A stretch of 61,782 bases of DNA, counting the filler, from Platydemus manokwari (taxonomy: Eukaryota), in the NCBI GenBank assembly GCA_037951405.1. It is 5 parts of 5 records of this genome, joined end to end, with 100 filler letters (N's around TTAATTAATTAA, not from the genome) between each part and the next. Parts side by side here need not be neighbours in the genome. Positions count along the whole stretch, not along the records: positions 1 to 9,551 come from JBBMOY011233987.1; positions 9,652 to 18,765 come from JBBMOY011297539.1; 3 more parts are not named here. One strand, written 5' to 3'. The position numbers and the translations under genes are program-made. This document shows positions 1 through 11,794 of the stretch, piece after piece (position 1 is the first letter of the stretch; every line of letters starts with the position of its first letter). The notes under the pieces are model-generated. The model saw only the letters and a list, made by a program, of their open reading frames with translations, was not told where the DNA came from and did not search any database.

Positions 1-151
1 CAATAATTTAATATCATAGTGACTATAGTTAAACATATAAAGGCAAATATAAATACCAATTAAAGAAATACATTTTGATCGACAGGAAATTAAAAAATAA
101 ATAAATAAAGATTAATATTTAAAATTAGTTTTAAATTAAAATAATCCTCAG

Positions 152-322
152 AAAAACATGTACACGTATCCCATTCATGGTATTGCCATAAAAGTAGTTG
201 GCATTTATAAGACTTTCTTCAATGGGGCTAATAAGGATATTATATATGAAGAAATTCAACGTCTACGTTTACCAGAAGAATTTCAGAACCAAATAGAGCA
301 GCAGAATTATATCAATAATTGA
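152..322 (+). CDS. Possible terminal exon of an upstream gene; weak SOCS-box-like C-terminus
   Basis: Acceptor cctcAG at 150-151, then an open frame KNMYTYPIHGIAIKVVGIYKTFFNGANKDIIYEEIQRLRLPEEFQNQIEQQNYINN* ending at TGA 320-322, with AATAAA about 33 nt downstream. IQRLRLPEEFQNQI resembles the I..L.LP..L...L end of a SOCS box. No upstream exons identified. Confidence 0.3.
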   Translation, partial: KNMYTYPIHGIAIKVVGIYKTFFNGANKDIIYEEIQRLRLPEEFQNQIEQQNYINN

Positions 323-1029
323 TTTTTCTTTTGTATAGCCGACCAGTAAGACACAATAAAGAATATGTTCTTGCAGTTACAATAGCCCATTCATCTAAAT
401 CATTTTTGAAGTTAAACCTTAATTTGAGTTATCATTAGTTTATTCCTATAATTGTATGTTGAGTAATATCAATAACATTTATCAAAAATCTTTAGTATTT
501 ACCTCCGAATTCTCCAATTCTTTGAATTTTCGGAGTTTCCCACACAATCACTAATGTGCTACACATTAGGAACTCTCTTTTATTTCTTACTAGTAATGAG
601 AGATACACTTAGGATATTTATATTTTATTTTAATTTTTGGATAAATTGTTATGCCAGCGACAAGGTAGTCGTTTTGTTACTGTATTACAGATTGGTCATA
701 TAAATAACAAAAAAGGTAGTAGGCTTTATTTAACCATTATTATATTATTTAGATCTTATTGTTACAATGTTATTCTTCTAACTTGGTAAGAGCGATATAC
801 TTTAAATGCTGTACCCTGCGATAAATTCAGTCTATTACTTTTTCCAAATAAGAACCTTTATTGGACTTATTGAAGCCCAGAAACTCATTAACTATAATAC
901 AAAATCTTCAAAGGAAGTTCCACGTGGGAAAGAGGACAGCAATAAAGGCAGCTTTAAAAATAGGAGAAGACGATACCCCAGACAACATCGACTGGAGGGC
1001 AGAGAGAGAATTATTTAAAATTTTGAATT

Positions 1030-2245
1030 GATTGTGTGATTGAACTAGCAAACCTCCAAATGTGGCTACTTTTTCAAAAATAATTAGAACCCAACTGACT
1101 TGGAAATATTCGAAGAATCAGTGTCAATCGTGGATAGTGACAATCTCTGCAAATATCTCGCAGTGCTCTTCGGCCTACCCAAGCGATTACTGGCTGGCCA
1201 CATCCTGCAATCAATCATCACAGACTTTGAAGCGGTCGCAGACTCCAGACTGCATTATTCACAAAAATTCCAGGCTTACAATATTTTTCTGCACTCGAGA
1301 TTGCATTTCCACCTCCGAATCCAACAAGTAGAAACTACCAAACTGGATTCAAGAAAACTGATCTCAAACCAAAATAATGAATCAGTATAATCATTCGACA
1401 AAGAAATACATCGAATATCTTGCAAAATACTAAAAATGAACGGATCAAACTCAGGCAACAACAACTTCTTCTAAGCGCGTACCAAACTTGGCGGGATCGG
1501 ACTCACTATATTACTCATGGAATATTGCATACAGAGCATTGTCGGTGCCTTCCGCTATCTCACAAGCCCGGACCAAGAAAATTAGAATATTCAAACCACA
1601 TAACCAACATTGTGAAGCACCGAATGACTGAATCAATTGATCTCGTGACAGCACGTCTCTGGATTTCTGACAAACTACCGACTGAAAAACCATACTCAGC
1701 AGCAACACAGTGGACCAAAGCTCGATTTGCAGTCAGAAAACTTATGAAAAGCCAAATCGATGTGGAATTCTACAACCACCACACTGAAAATGGTGGCGGA
1801 CAACAACAAAGCTTACCATTTCAACTTCGACAACCGTGGTAAACTCTCAGACATTCTACACGACTTGGTATCAATGAATTGTTACAACAAGTGGGCTACC
1901 ATAAAAAACAAGGAAGACTGGTTCACTGCTTCCAGGCCAGTCATCTCTCGCAAAAGCCTCTGAAAAACTTTCACTTGTCACCAGAAGTTTGGATTTTCAC
2001 GTATCAGGCCAGAAACAATCTACTATTACTGAATTACACACCCGTATTTCACTGATATCCACATATTCACCTTCTGTCCAGCAGTCCCTAATCTGGCATC
2101 AAAAAGACACTCGATCATTTTGGACTAGCTAGGCAAATATTTACAATCACTCGAACTGAATATCGATATTGATTCAAGCCCACCGGAACTAAATACAAGA
2201 CTGCGACCTGATCTGATCAGCAGGAACAAATCCAAGAGACAGAAA
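1030..2245 (+). mobile_element. Decayed RLE-type (R2-group) non-LTR retrotransposon, NeSL/R5/Utopia-like; RT end, linker, zinc-knuckle remnant and PD-D/E nuclease start
   Basis: Frameshifted fragments in the expected order: CKYLAVLFG (YKYLGV-like); ITDFEAVADSRLHYSQKFQAYNIFLHSRLHFHLR; ARTKLGGIGLT..EYCIQSIVGAFRYLTSPD; QWTKARFAVRKL; QGRLVHC; WIFTYQARNNLL at about 1990; HIFTFCP..KRHSIIL (HxxxxC plus RH); LRPDLI at 2201-2218. Several stops and frameshifts. The catalytic RT core and the 3' end are missing. Confidence 0.85.
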
Positions 2246-3479
2246 AGCCTCTAAAAAATAAATATAATTCAGAAAAGGTGAACTGATTATAGTTATAGAG
2301 GATCAGTCAAGCAACTATTAATATGTTGTAAAAAATATTTTAAAATCTATACTTCCAATAAAATTTTGTGTTATTCAACAGGCTCTCTTGTAAGTGTTAG
2401 AATATTAACTCACTGTGAATACTGAAAATTGATATTTAAATCACAATGAATTACAAAACTCGATTTGTCACCAGATACGATTAAAATCCTATTAAATCAA
2501 TGATAGATAATTACACACGGTGGGATCAACAATCGAAAGCTAAACAACAAAACAAAGGACAACCACATATACTGGTTGTCAGAAAAATTACTTAGAAGTC
2601 ACAAAGAACATAAGTTACCCACTAAAAAGACTGACCTATGCTTGTGGGATTCAACTCCTTTAAATACTCATCGTGTGTGTTCACTTGATGTCTCAGAATT
2701 TCACTTTTCATTCGATAGAGTCGTTCAGACATTGATCTTTTAGCAATGTCATTACATGTGAGCCAAATCGAAGGTTAAGAATCGATCTCAAATTCTAACA
2801 CGTGTTGAGTTGCAACGAGGATTTTTATGGATGACATTGCAGATAATATTTAACTGATCATCTTGTAGACATCTTCAAATATGTTAAAATTTCTTATGAA
2901 TAATATAGGTACATTGTTATAGGTTCCATTCAGCATTGTCTTAGTATTGTAAGAAAACACAATAGTAATAGTAAACAATTAGTAATCCAATGTGCTTTTA
3001 GCAAACATATGATTCTAATATTATTTTAAAAGAAAAATTACAAATACAAGCCAATATAAGCTTTAAAGATTATATTATTATGACAGAATTATAATTTAAA
3101 ATAAATTTGATTTCAAGACTCCGCTAAGACTATTACTAAGAATTGAAGATAAACAATAATTATTAACCATTTTGATCTAATTTTCGGAATAGCTGAAAGT
3201 AACCAAACAGAAATTAAGTATTACAATTGGCATTATGGAGCCATTATTTTTTCCAACCACGAACAACACTCCATAATTCAAGAATAAAATCCTACAAATT
3301 AGCTATTCACCAAAATTTCATTTTAAAATGAAACCAATTTGTGAAACAGAAAAAACGAGAAAAGATCGATAGTATAATTCATAATTTTTGACTTAATTTT
3401 CAATCATTTTAAATGATTCATGATAAAGAGAATTTTTCCTAGATAAATTTAAATCAACTACGATTTTATCGTCCAATCA

Positions 3480-3599
3480 TTTTCAAGAACCTTTGTGAAT
3501 CACGTGACCCACTGGTTGGCGTTTTAAATCACTTTATTTCATCTATATTTTGAATTTTTAGATTTAGAATGTATTCGTCTCGGAAAATAAGAACCACTG
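3480..3599 (-). mobile_element. Fragment of the hAT-type MITE family (compare 25597-25883 and 60493-60844)
   Basis: Minus strand starts CAGTGGTTCTT at 3599 and contains GCCAACCAGTGGGTCACG, matching ACCAACCAGTGGGTCTCG in the 60.5-kb copy. Only one end recognised. Confidence 0.45.
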
Positions 3600-4266
3600 A
3601 CGAGAACCAAGTTGCATAATCAATAATCAAAATATGGATATAAATCGTACATGGATATCCAAGGTAAATTGGAAAACATTTCAACGAAACGAAAATTTAA
3701 AATCACAAATTTCAATTTCAAACCACCTCCAAATCATCGACCGATTCCATCAACAGTTCAAAATCTGTAGAAAGTAAAACACAATTTTAAGATTACACGA
3801 CAGTCAAACAAAGATTCTCTAAGTGGATAACACAAATTATCCAGATCGATATTCGAATAAATGAAAAAAAATTGATTTATTAATTGTTATAAAAAATATT
3901 TCCAACATCTTTTACGATCTCTCGAATAAATCTAAGTTCAAATGTCAATTCTCGATGTCACCTATTATGATGTCGACAAGCCATGTGATGACCGATAAAT
4001 TGTAGAAAGATGCGACCTGAATTTATTAAACCATCGCAAATATATATATTTATCAAGAGCATCAAAAATTACTGTTTATTAGAATGCAAAATCGAACAAA
4101 ACAATCATCAATCCATTTAATGCCTGTCATCATCATAAATATATCCGAAGCTATCAAATAAAAGAAAAGCACCAAATTATTAGAAAACCGTAGAAATTTA
4201 TTTACAAAAACCTACATATGAAACAATTAATTTAAGGCTCTGCGTAAAACCTTGACTTTCTCTTTC

Positions 4267-5262
4267 TCATCCCGATGGACCTCCATTTTTGGATTCTTTA
4301 ATCTTTCGAATTTCTTTTGAATGAGTTTTGTTCAGAGAATGTTTCGTGTTCGGAGATTTGCTTTTTGATCTTTTATGGCGATGTTCCTTCTTTGAATTTC
4401 GACTATGCTTCGAATCTTTTCTATGGTGATGATGCCGTCGTTCACGACTTCTTTGACGACTTCGATCTCTGCTGTGATGTCGACTATTATCTCGGTCTTC
4501 GTGCCGTTTATCATGTTTCCTATCTTGTGGTTTTCTCTTATCACTATTGTCATAGTTGATCAACGAATTCGATGATTCTTCATCAATTATTTTATCTAAA
4601 TCTTCAAGAATTTCATTAATCCTAACGTATCCACAATGAATTCGACCACTGATATGGTTTTCAATACTATTTCTCGGATCGTTTTTACTGATATATGCAC
4701 CACAAATATGACAAACATCTTCCTGTTTTTCTCTCGAACTTTTCCTATGATTTTCCAGCTCAATTTTATCATACTTCAATTCTTTTTGCTTTTCTTCGAG
4801 TTGGTTATGCAAAAATTGACACTCTTCTATTCGACCTTCATTTCCCAATTTTTCAATATGTAGAACTGTTTCATTAATTTCTTCTTCTTTAACAGTAATT
4901 CTTTTCTGAATCGCTATTTCAGTGCCTGATAAAAACCCATTTTCCAATCTACTTTTGTTAATTTCTATTTTTCTCTGAACATCACGAACAAAACCACTGA
5001 GAAATTTTTTTAATAACTTTTCATAGCCAGCTTTCATAAATGAAGAACTGTTTTTGTACTTAGTCAAAAGATTGTTGTCGTGCAATTTTGGACAAACACC
5101 TAGTGACATTTTTGTGTTGACAAATAATTCATGTGGACAAAACCCAGCCAGATAATACTTACAGACGCTATCGTCATCCCAATTAGGATCTCTTTTACTA
5201 TTACTGTTTCTATTTACTCCCATCAATTCATCAAGAAGAGCTGCTTGTGACGCTAATGCCAT
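4267..5262 (-). CDS. LUC7L3: LUC7-like U1 snRNP-associated splicing factor, LUC7L3/CROP type, 331 aa, single coding exon
   Basis: N-terminus MALASQAALLDELMG; ZnF1 CKYYLAGFCPHELFVNTKMSLGVCPKLH; coiled coil; ZnF2 CHICGAYISKNDPRNSIENHISGRIH; Arg/Ser/His-rich tail. The likely start is the ATG at 5262. The ORF-track extension to 5394 is AT-rich upstream sequence. Confidence 0.93.
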   Translation of the reverse strand: MALASQAALLDELMGVNRNSNSKRDPNWDDDSVCKYYLAGFCPHELFVNTKMSLGVCPKLHDNNLLTKYKNSSSFMKAGYEKLLKKFLSGFVRDVQRKIEINKSRLENGFLSGTEIAIQKRITVKEEEINETVLHIEKLGNEGRIEECQFLHNQLEEKQKELKYDKIELENHRKSSREKQEDVCHICGAYISKNDPRNSIENHISGRIHCGYVRINEILEDLDKIIDEESSNSLINYDNSDKRKPQDRKHDKRHEDRDNSRHHSRDRSRQRSRERRHHHHRKDSKHSRNSKKEHRHKRSKSKSPNTKHSLNKTHSKEIRKIKESKNGGPSG

Positions 5263-6074
5263 TGTCTGATAACTACCTCTCCAGAAATAGAAAACTATTT
5301 CAAAAATTGATTCATTAATGAAAATGTAATTCAATATTATAAAGTATAATGAAAATATATAAAAATAACTTACATAATTTGACTGTAAAATCAAGTAAAA
5401 TATCTAGTACTGGTAAATAACGAGATTTTAAATACTTCAAATAATTTAATTTGCGCTAATTTACAATCAACTAAGATAAACAAAATTTGATTAAGTTAGC
5501 ATATTACAATAAACCACCAAATAATAAAACAATAAGACTTGCAAAATGTTACAATGTTCGAATAATTAATTACTTCATATATAAATATAAAATCTTTCTC
5601 AGGTTTACATTATTTATAATATGATTTTAAAATCGAATATCCATGAAATCCGATAAATTGAATATTGTATTCCCTGTTTATGAAAATTTGATACTCGTTC
5701 GCATGTTAAAGCCATCATAACTTGAACTTATTGAATTTTTTGTTCAAATATCAATATTAAGTTAATAATAAGTTTAAGCGGATTATTTTTAAGCTACTTA
5801 TTCTTAGCCTACCGTAACAGACTAAAAAAAATTATAACAGAATAGTTTAAACCATCCACTAAATTCTAGTTTTACAACATCAATAATTATTATGTACTAA
5901 GAGTTATTAATGTATATATAATGTAGTGTGTTGTTGATAGAATGGTATTTTGTCACTAGAAATAATCAATATAAATGCCCATTGCAAAAAAATTGGGCAT
6001 ATTAACGTAAAATTTAAAAAATATTTTTTAGCCTTATTCAATTTTAAAAATTAAAAAATTGAATATTTCTATCA

Positions 6075-6096
6075 TTAGGTAATTCAATATGAAATG
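6075..6096 (+). mobile_element. Degenerate mariner-type terminal inverted repeat
   Basis: TTAGGTAATTCAATATGAAATG resembles the reverse complement of the end at 18907-18937 (TTAGGTTGTCCCATATGAAATG). No partner end identified. Confidence 0.35.
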
Positions 6097-7199
6097 AATT
6101 GAAAAATAAAAAAGGAAAAATATTGTTCTTTACCTTTATAGCTGAAATATTAATTCAGAAAATATTACGTGAAGTTAGTCAAGCTGTTTTGGTTACAATG
6201 TAATTATCTTTTTTAGTTTGAGTGCCTCGAACGGAGAATTATAAGATTTTATATGCTTTTAATTACAATATTAATTTAGTTTTTTGTAATATTTTTGAAA
6301 TTGAAAATTTTGAAGCAGCCTCTCACTTCTCGTATGGAAATAATGGACCTAATTATTGCTCGAGAATTTTGCTTGTATAGTCTTGTTGTAGATCTCCCAT
6401 GCTTGTGACATAATTGCTTGTTTTACTTTGGTGACATTTGTATTATTAATTGTTCTAATTTCCTGATTCCTTAAGCAACAAATATTTTTATTTTTACTCT
6501 TCATAGTCTTAGGCTTTTCTGAGTTATTACGTCACGTTTTTACTCGAATGTCAATTCACTATGTCTCATTTTTTGAAGAATTCTGTTTTTATTTTTTATT
6601 TTTAATATTAATAGACAATATTAATCGAATTTTTTCATGTTCAATAATTGGTGGTTCAATTAAACAGCATTATGAATCATTCAAATATTCATAAAAAGTA
6701 ATTTTAATATTTATGAATTGCATAATTCTTGGCAACGAGAGAAATTGCAACCCTGCATTAATGTATTTCGATTTTTAGTCTCAACTGTTTTCCGGGTGCC
6801 ACTGATTCCCTAACTTTTTAGCGCTATATGATAATTGAAAAGGTAACTTCCTTTTAAAAAGCCTTATTTTGTTTTCTATGTATTTTTTCATTTATTATTA
6901 TGTGAGTTCTACAAATTTAAATGTCGTTTAATTTCAAGTTTAAATTCGGTTTTCGAAAATAAATCACAAGACGTTCAGCAATTTTAACGCTATTATAAAC
7001 AATGACTAAAATATATATTGCATCGATATTTTACAATTTTCACATGCTATTTGATTATATAATCGGTATAATCAGGAACATTGTTTCACAAAAAATTTTG
7101 CAATGTAAACGATTCAATACTCCAGTGTTGGGGTTCCTGGAAAATGACATTGAAAAACAATTGCATGATATTGATTTTGTTGTCGCATATTCTTCCTAT

Positions 7200-7416
7200 T
7201 TTACGAGCCGAGCTCGAAAAAAACTCTGAAGAAAAGGACGCTGACCCAATAGCACGAAGGGTAACTGTTTTGTCCAACATCTGCTTCCATAGAATTTGTA
7301 CATCGAATTAATCCAGCGTTTGAGTGTATATAAGAAGTAGTAAAATCATTTGAATATTGTAATCATTGTAATAAATGTAGAACAGTACAGTACAAGTAGT
7401 AATTCATAGCCCATAA
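7200..7416 (+). repeat. Solo-LTR-like segment (unassigned)
   Basis: Locally GC-richer block with a TATA-like GTATATAAG at about 7326 followed about 45 nt later by AATAAA, the usual U3-R layout. Termini and TSD are not clean. Confidence 0.25.
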
Positions 7417-9480
7417 TTGTATAGAAGTAGTAATTGGTGTATAATTGTAATCATAATAAAAATTCATAAACCCATTATCGAGCTGACTTCTGAATTACCA
7501 ATTGATATAAGGTATCATCATTTCACAGTATATATTTCAATATCATTCATCACTGATTTGGGAATAAATTTGTGTAATAAAATAATAAAAGAGACTGATA
7601 ATAGAAGTGAGGAAAGTAGAATTAGAAGCAAGGAGACTAAAATTAAATTCAAGAATTGATTTCTACGCCGATCCACTTATCTCCATATAAGTTTTGATCG
7701 TCGAGGAGAACAAATAATAAACTTCATGAGGTCTAGTTACTACCTGAGGGTCAAGACGGACTCGGAGTATTGATAAGATGTAGAATCGATCAATTAAAAG
7801 AAAGAATAATAAAACCATAAAAGAGAGTGACCCCAAAACGTAACACCAGTGCCTATAAGACAATTTATCAATTAACCTTTACGTTGTTCATTAATAAAAG
7901 AAAATAATAACTTCACTAAAAGTAAAGTTAAATTCCATACATAATAACGAAAATGTTAACTCAATCAATGATTTTGAAAACAAAGAAATAGAGTAATTCG
8001 TAAATAACTTGGATCAGTTTCTGTTAGCTCAATCATTTTGAATATATACAAATACACACACACATATATATATATATATATTAGGATTTCGTTTGTATTA
8101 AACCCGAGAGTCTAAGCTTTTAGACGAAAAACGAATTAAACTTACCATGTGGAGGAGGCTTCTCGTGCGAATACTAGATTAATTTTCCAACAACTAATAG
8201 AATATTCGAATAAACATTTTTGTGAAACCATTTGCAGTTATCGGTGTTTTATAAGCCTGTCTTTAGCGTGCCTTTTTCGTATAAAATTTTAAGTATATTA
8301 TTTGTCATATGTAATATTCTCAATGATTCATATTAATTTTCAACATTTCCACATCTTTATATGGCAATATAAATAAATGGTTTAAATTTCTCAGAAATTA
8401 TTTTATATGATTTTATTAAAATATTTAGATCATTATATTTTCTTATAAAATAATTTGCTTTATTTCTCAAGACCCGTATTGTCTTTAATATGTTACTTTC
8501 AATGAACTTATATAATACTTAGACAATAATTGTTTGTGATTATAGTTTTGTTTAACCAAAATCCAACATATTGATCTTGTCAAAATCTCTTGCATGGTTC
8601 AAACAATAATGTTTCATACTAAAATTTTAAGTTCTTTAAATAAGGTAACGTTGGTTTTTCGTAAAGAAGATTTGTTTCTTCAACTAATTATTATTTGAAA
8701 ATAATTTTTCAATCTGTTAAATAAGGACTTCTGTCCGACTAGCTTTGCGGAAATCTATTCATCTTTCAAGAAAATGTCCATCTATGCACTCACGAACAAT
8801 CAAATTAAGGTTTTGAGAATGACCGTTTTCTATAAAAATAAAGCCTTTAATATTATTCACAGTACCGAGAATAATTAATCAAATAAAGAAGATTAATAAC
8901 TATAAATCTTTTAAAATAGCATGTTATTTTCTATTATCCTTAAGTCAATTTTTTTATTAATTTGTATTTTTTGCATTTTATCGTTGCACAAAATGCTTAT
9001 CGATTCCTTTAATTATTAATTTATCACATTTCCTTTAATATACGTTTATTTAAAAACAAAATCTTTTCTGAGAAGTGTCAGATTCTTGTTAGTATATATT
9101 GTCAGAGAATATCAATAATAAGGTTCTCATTTAATTACGCAGACAAATAGATATTATCGATAATTTATTGCAGATAAATATTTATCATTCAATCAGCAAA
9201 CTGTTTCCTCGATGACACCATTATTGTATTTAATTATTTCTTCAAAAAAAATATTTACAGAATAACATATATTTTGACCAAACTTTATGAGTTACATAAA
9301 TGACTTTGCCAATGAGACTAACTTTGCATCGTTCTCATAGTTATTTTCCTCCTCCTATTAAAACCAATGCGTATGTTATTTGACTACCCATATTAAAATT
9401 ATATTAATTATTATCACTTTATTATTTTAAATAGCTGTACCCAGCAAAATGAATAATTTATCGACAAAATATTGATTATA

Positions 9481-9551
9481 TTAGGTGTATAACCTTAAAA
9501 TTTCGGTTTTTTTTGAAAAATATTTATTTATTTAAAGTACATTTTGCATAG
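9481..9551 (+). mobile_element. Mariner (Mos1-like) terminal inverted repeat at a contig end
   Basis: TA at 9479-9480, then TTAGGTGTATAACCTTAAAATTTCGGTT, which aligns with the Mos1-type ITR pattern AGGTGTA.AA...AAT.TCGGTT. The contig breaks about 70 nt in, as expected at a multicopy repeat. Confidence 0.6.
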
Positions 9552-9651
9552 NNNNNNNNNNNNNNNNNNNNNNNNNNNNNNNNNNNNNNNNNNNNTTAAT
9601 TAATTAANNNNNNNNNNNNNNNNNNNNNNNNNNNNNNNNNNNNNNNNNNNN
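9552..9651. other. Artificial contig linker (N44-TTAATTAATTAA-N44)
   Basis: Exactly 100 nt; the 12-mer gives stops in all six frames; identical at all four gaps. Confidence 0.97.
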
Positions 9652-9728
9652 CAAATAATCAAGATACGTCTTATTAAGCATATCTTAATATGTTATATTT
9701 TCAGAATTTATACTCAATATTTTGTTTC
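9652..9728 (+). repeat. 77-nt contig-terminal direct repeat, copy 1
   Basis: CAAATAATCAAGATACG...CAATATTTTGTTTC is identical to 18689-18765. These are the first 77 nt of the contig. Confidence 0.95.
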
Positions 9729-10374
9729 GATTTTAACAATTGTTTTCGAATGATAATTGTACAGTATTAATAAAAATTAAAAACTCTTCTGGTTTAAAAT
9801 GTAAAGCCTTTTGTTGTATTATAGAATAAAATCTTATCGAAAGAAATTTTTAATTGTTTTCAAGATAATTTGAAAATATTTATTTAGTGAAATTGACTTT
9901 AAAATGATTAATTAAAATGGATATCCAACAGACTTTAATGAATAAGAGATATCTTTAAGATTACATCTCACACAAGTTTGATTTTGTTTTCAATAAAATG
10001 GATATAATACATTTTATAGTTAATAATAGTTATCTAAGATCATTGAGCAAAAATTCTATAATAAGGAAAACATGGTACGGTATATAAAATTGATCAATAT
10101 TTTACCGGTATGATATTTACTTCGGGTCTTTCAGTAAAATACCGTGTATATACGGAAATATTTGTCTTCTGCACCAAATGATCTTCCACAGTGCGTCGAA
10201 TTGAAATTTAAATTGTTCTCCAATTAATGTAGCATATAATTTCGTTTTAGCAGATGTGAAATTGTGAAAATTTAATGACTATGTTGATTGTGATTACTGA
10301 AATACTGTTTGGGCGAAGAATTAATATGAATGGGTTAAAGCTAAGTGAACTAAGTTATCACGATCAGATCGATA

Positions 10375-10520
10375 GGAAATTTTCAAGTCCACATCAAACA
10401 CTTCTTGATTTCCATGGCTAGCAAAATCCTTGATAAATTGAGTAGCTAAAAAGGATCTCGAAAACAACGGGAGAGGGAAGTTAGATAAAAATGAGATTTA
10501 TTTTAATATTAAAAACTAGT
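10375..10520 (+). mobile_element. Ty3/Gypsy remnant A: integrase C-terminal tail, polypurine tract and LTR start
   Basis: Translates FSSPHQTLLDFHG*QNP**IE*LKRISKT, homologous to remnant B with synonymous differences in this frame (gat/gac, ggc/ggt). PPT GGGAGAGGGA at 10469-10478 is followed by AGTTAGATAAAAAT. Confidence 0.7.
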
Positions 10521-11324
10521 GTGATTTTTATAAAATAAATAAAAAATTGATGAAAACAACTGATGTTTATTCTAAAACAAAAAAAAATAAAAGTTTTAGA
10601 TGTGGATACAAATCTTTATGAATATATGATGAATGACAAGTGTTAAAATCTTTCAAATAATTTTATTTATGTAATACAATATATAAAAGATGCCTGAACA
10701 TAAATTTAACGATATATATTAGCAGAATTATTAATCAAAACATTATTATTATAATATGAAAGATCGACAAAATGCAAAATAAACTTATCACGTTAAATGT
10801 GAATATAAATTTATTTAAAGATTAGTTATTTAATAACAAAGGATACGTTTTCAATTCTTCTTAGCTGTAAGATTTCAAGTCAAGGATTTTTTGACAAAAA
10901 CCATATTTAAATATTATGTTTAATGAATTATTACATCAGACAAAATTTATTTTATAATTATTTTAAATATAATCATGAAAATAAATTCAGATAGAAATCA
11001 AAGTTATATTATTAGAAATTTGCAAGTTTAATATTACATCGTGGGTTTCAAATTCATTAAATTTCTTTTGGGATATTAAAATGTTTATTTAAAAGTAAAT
11101 TATCAACTTCTTTACACGAACAATACAATTTAATAACATACTTTATTGTATATATTACCATGATTACCAGCGTAATACAGTTTCGAATTCTTTACACATT
11201 GTGTGATTCGTAAAAATCTAAACTTATTTTTGTAACTTCTAATCTAGATTGTCCATTTAAAAAAATAATAATTTTTATTTTGTTCTGTGATTTCGAATGT
11301 CAAAAATTCCCTAACGTTATTAAT

Positions 11325-11381
11325 ATTATTATTATTATTATTGTTATTATTATTATTATTATTATTGTTATTATTATTATC
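11325..11381. repeat. (TTA)n microsatellite
   Basis: About 19 TTA units with occasional TTG. Confidence 0.9.
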
Positions 11382-11439
11382 ATAGTGAAAATAACATTGG
11401 ATTCCATCAAAATCTATTATTTAAGAATTACTCGCATTT

Positions 11440-11794
11440 TTGTAAATATTTAAACAAATCTAATTTTTATCTAATTCCCCTTTTCCCAATGTTTTAGAGA
11501 TATTTATCAGCCATTCAATTCCTAGAGGTTTTGGCTGACCATGGAAGTCAAGAAGCACTTGATGTGGAATTCAAAATTTCAAAATCATGTAAGGACCTTC
11601 ATAACGATCTCCTTTGTTCTTATCTTGTGTGGTTCTTTCTTCATTAAAATTTCATCTCCATAAGCGAAAATTCTACGACCTTGTTTTTCAGCTTCGAAAT
11701 TTCTAAAATTTGTGGCTACTGATTTTAGTTGATTTTCCGTTTCTTTGATGATATGGTCGTAGTGGCTTGGTTCATTTAGTTGTAACCAAAACAT
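11440..11794 (-). mobile_element. Ty3/Gypsy remnant B: integrase GPY/F module, polypurine tract and LTR start
   Basis: RRIFAYGDEILMKKEP, a frameshift, then KNKGDRYEGPYMILKF*IPHQVLLDFHGQPKPLGIEWL. This matches the GD.VL...K....GP(Y/F) module; EGPY is at 11589-11600. PPT GGGAAAAGGGG at 11477-11487 is followed by AATTAGATAAAAAT. Confidence 0.8.

Noticed and set aside
4317-4877. Overlapping short ORFs within LUC7L3, and the 15356-15745 and 36846-37028 plus-strand ORFs
   Set aside because: Antisense or alternative-frame shadows of real coding exons.
5263-5394. Hydrophobic 44-aa N-terminal extension on LUC7L3 in the ORF track
   Set aside because: It starts at a non-ATG codon in AT-rich upstream DNA; family homology begins at the ATG at 5262.
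9596-9607. Palindromic TTAATTAATTAA repeated four times between N runs
   Set aside because: Artificial six-frame-stop linker of constant 100-nt design. It is not biological, and gene neighbourhoods across it cannot be trusted.
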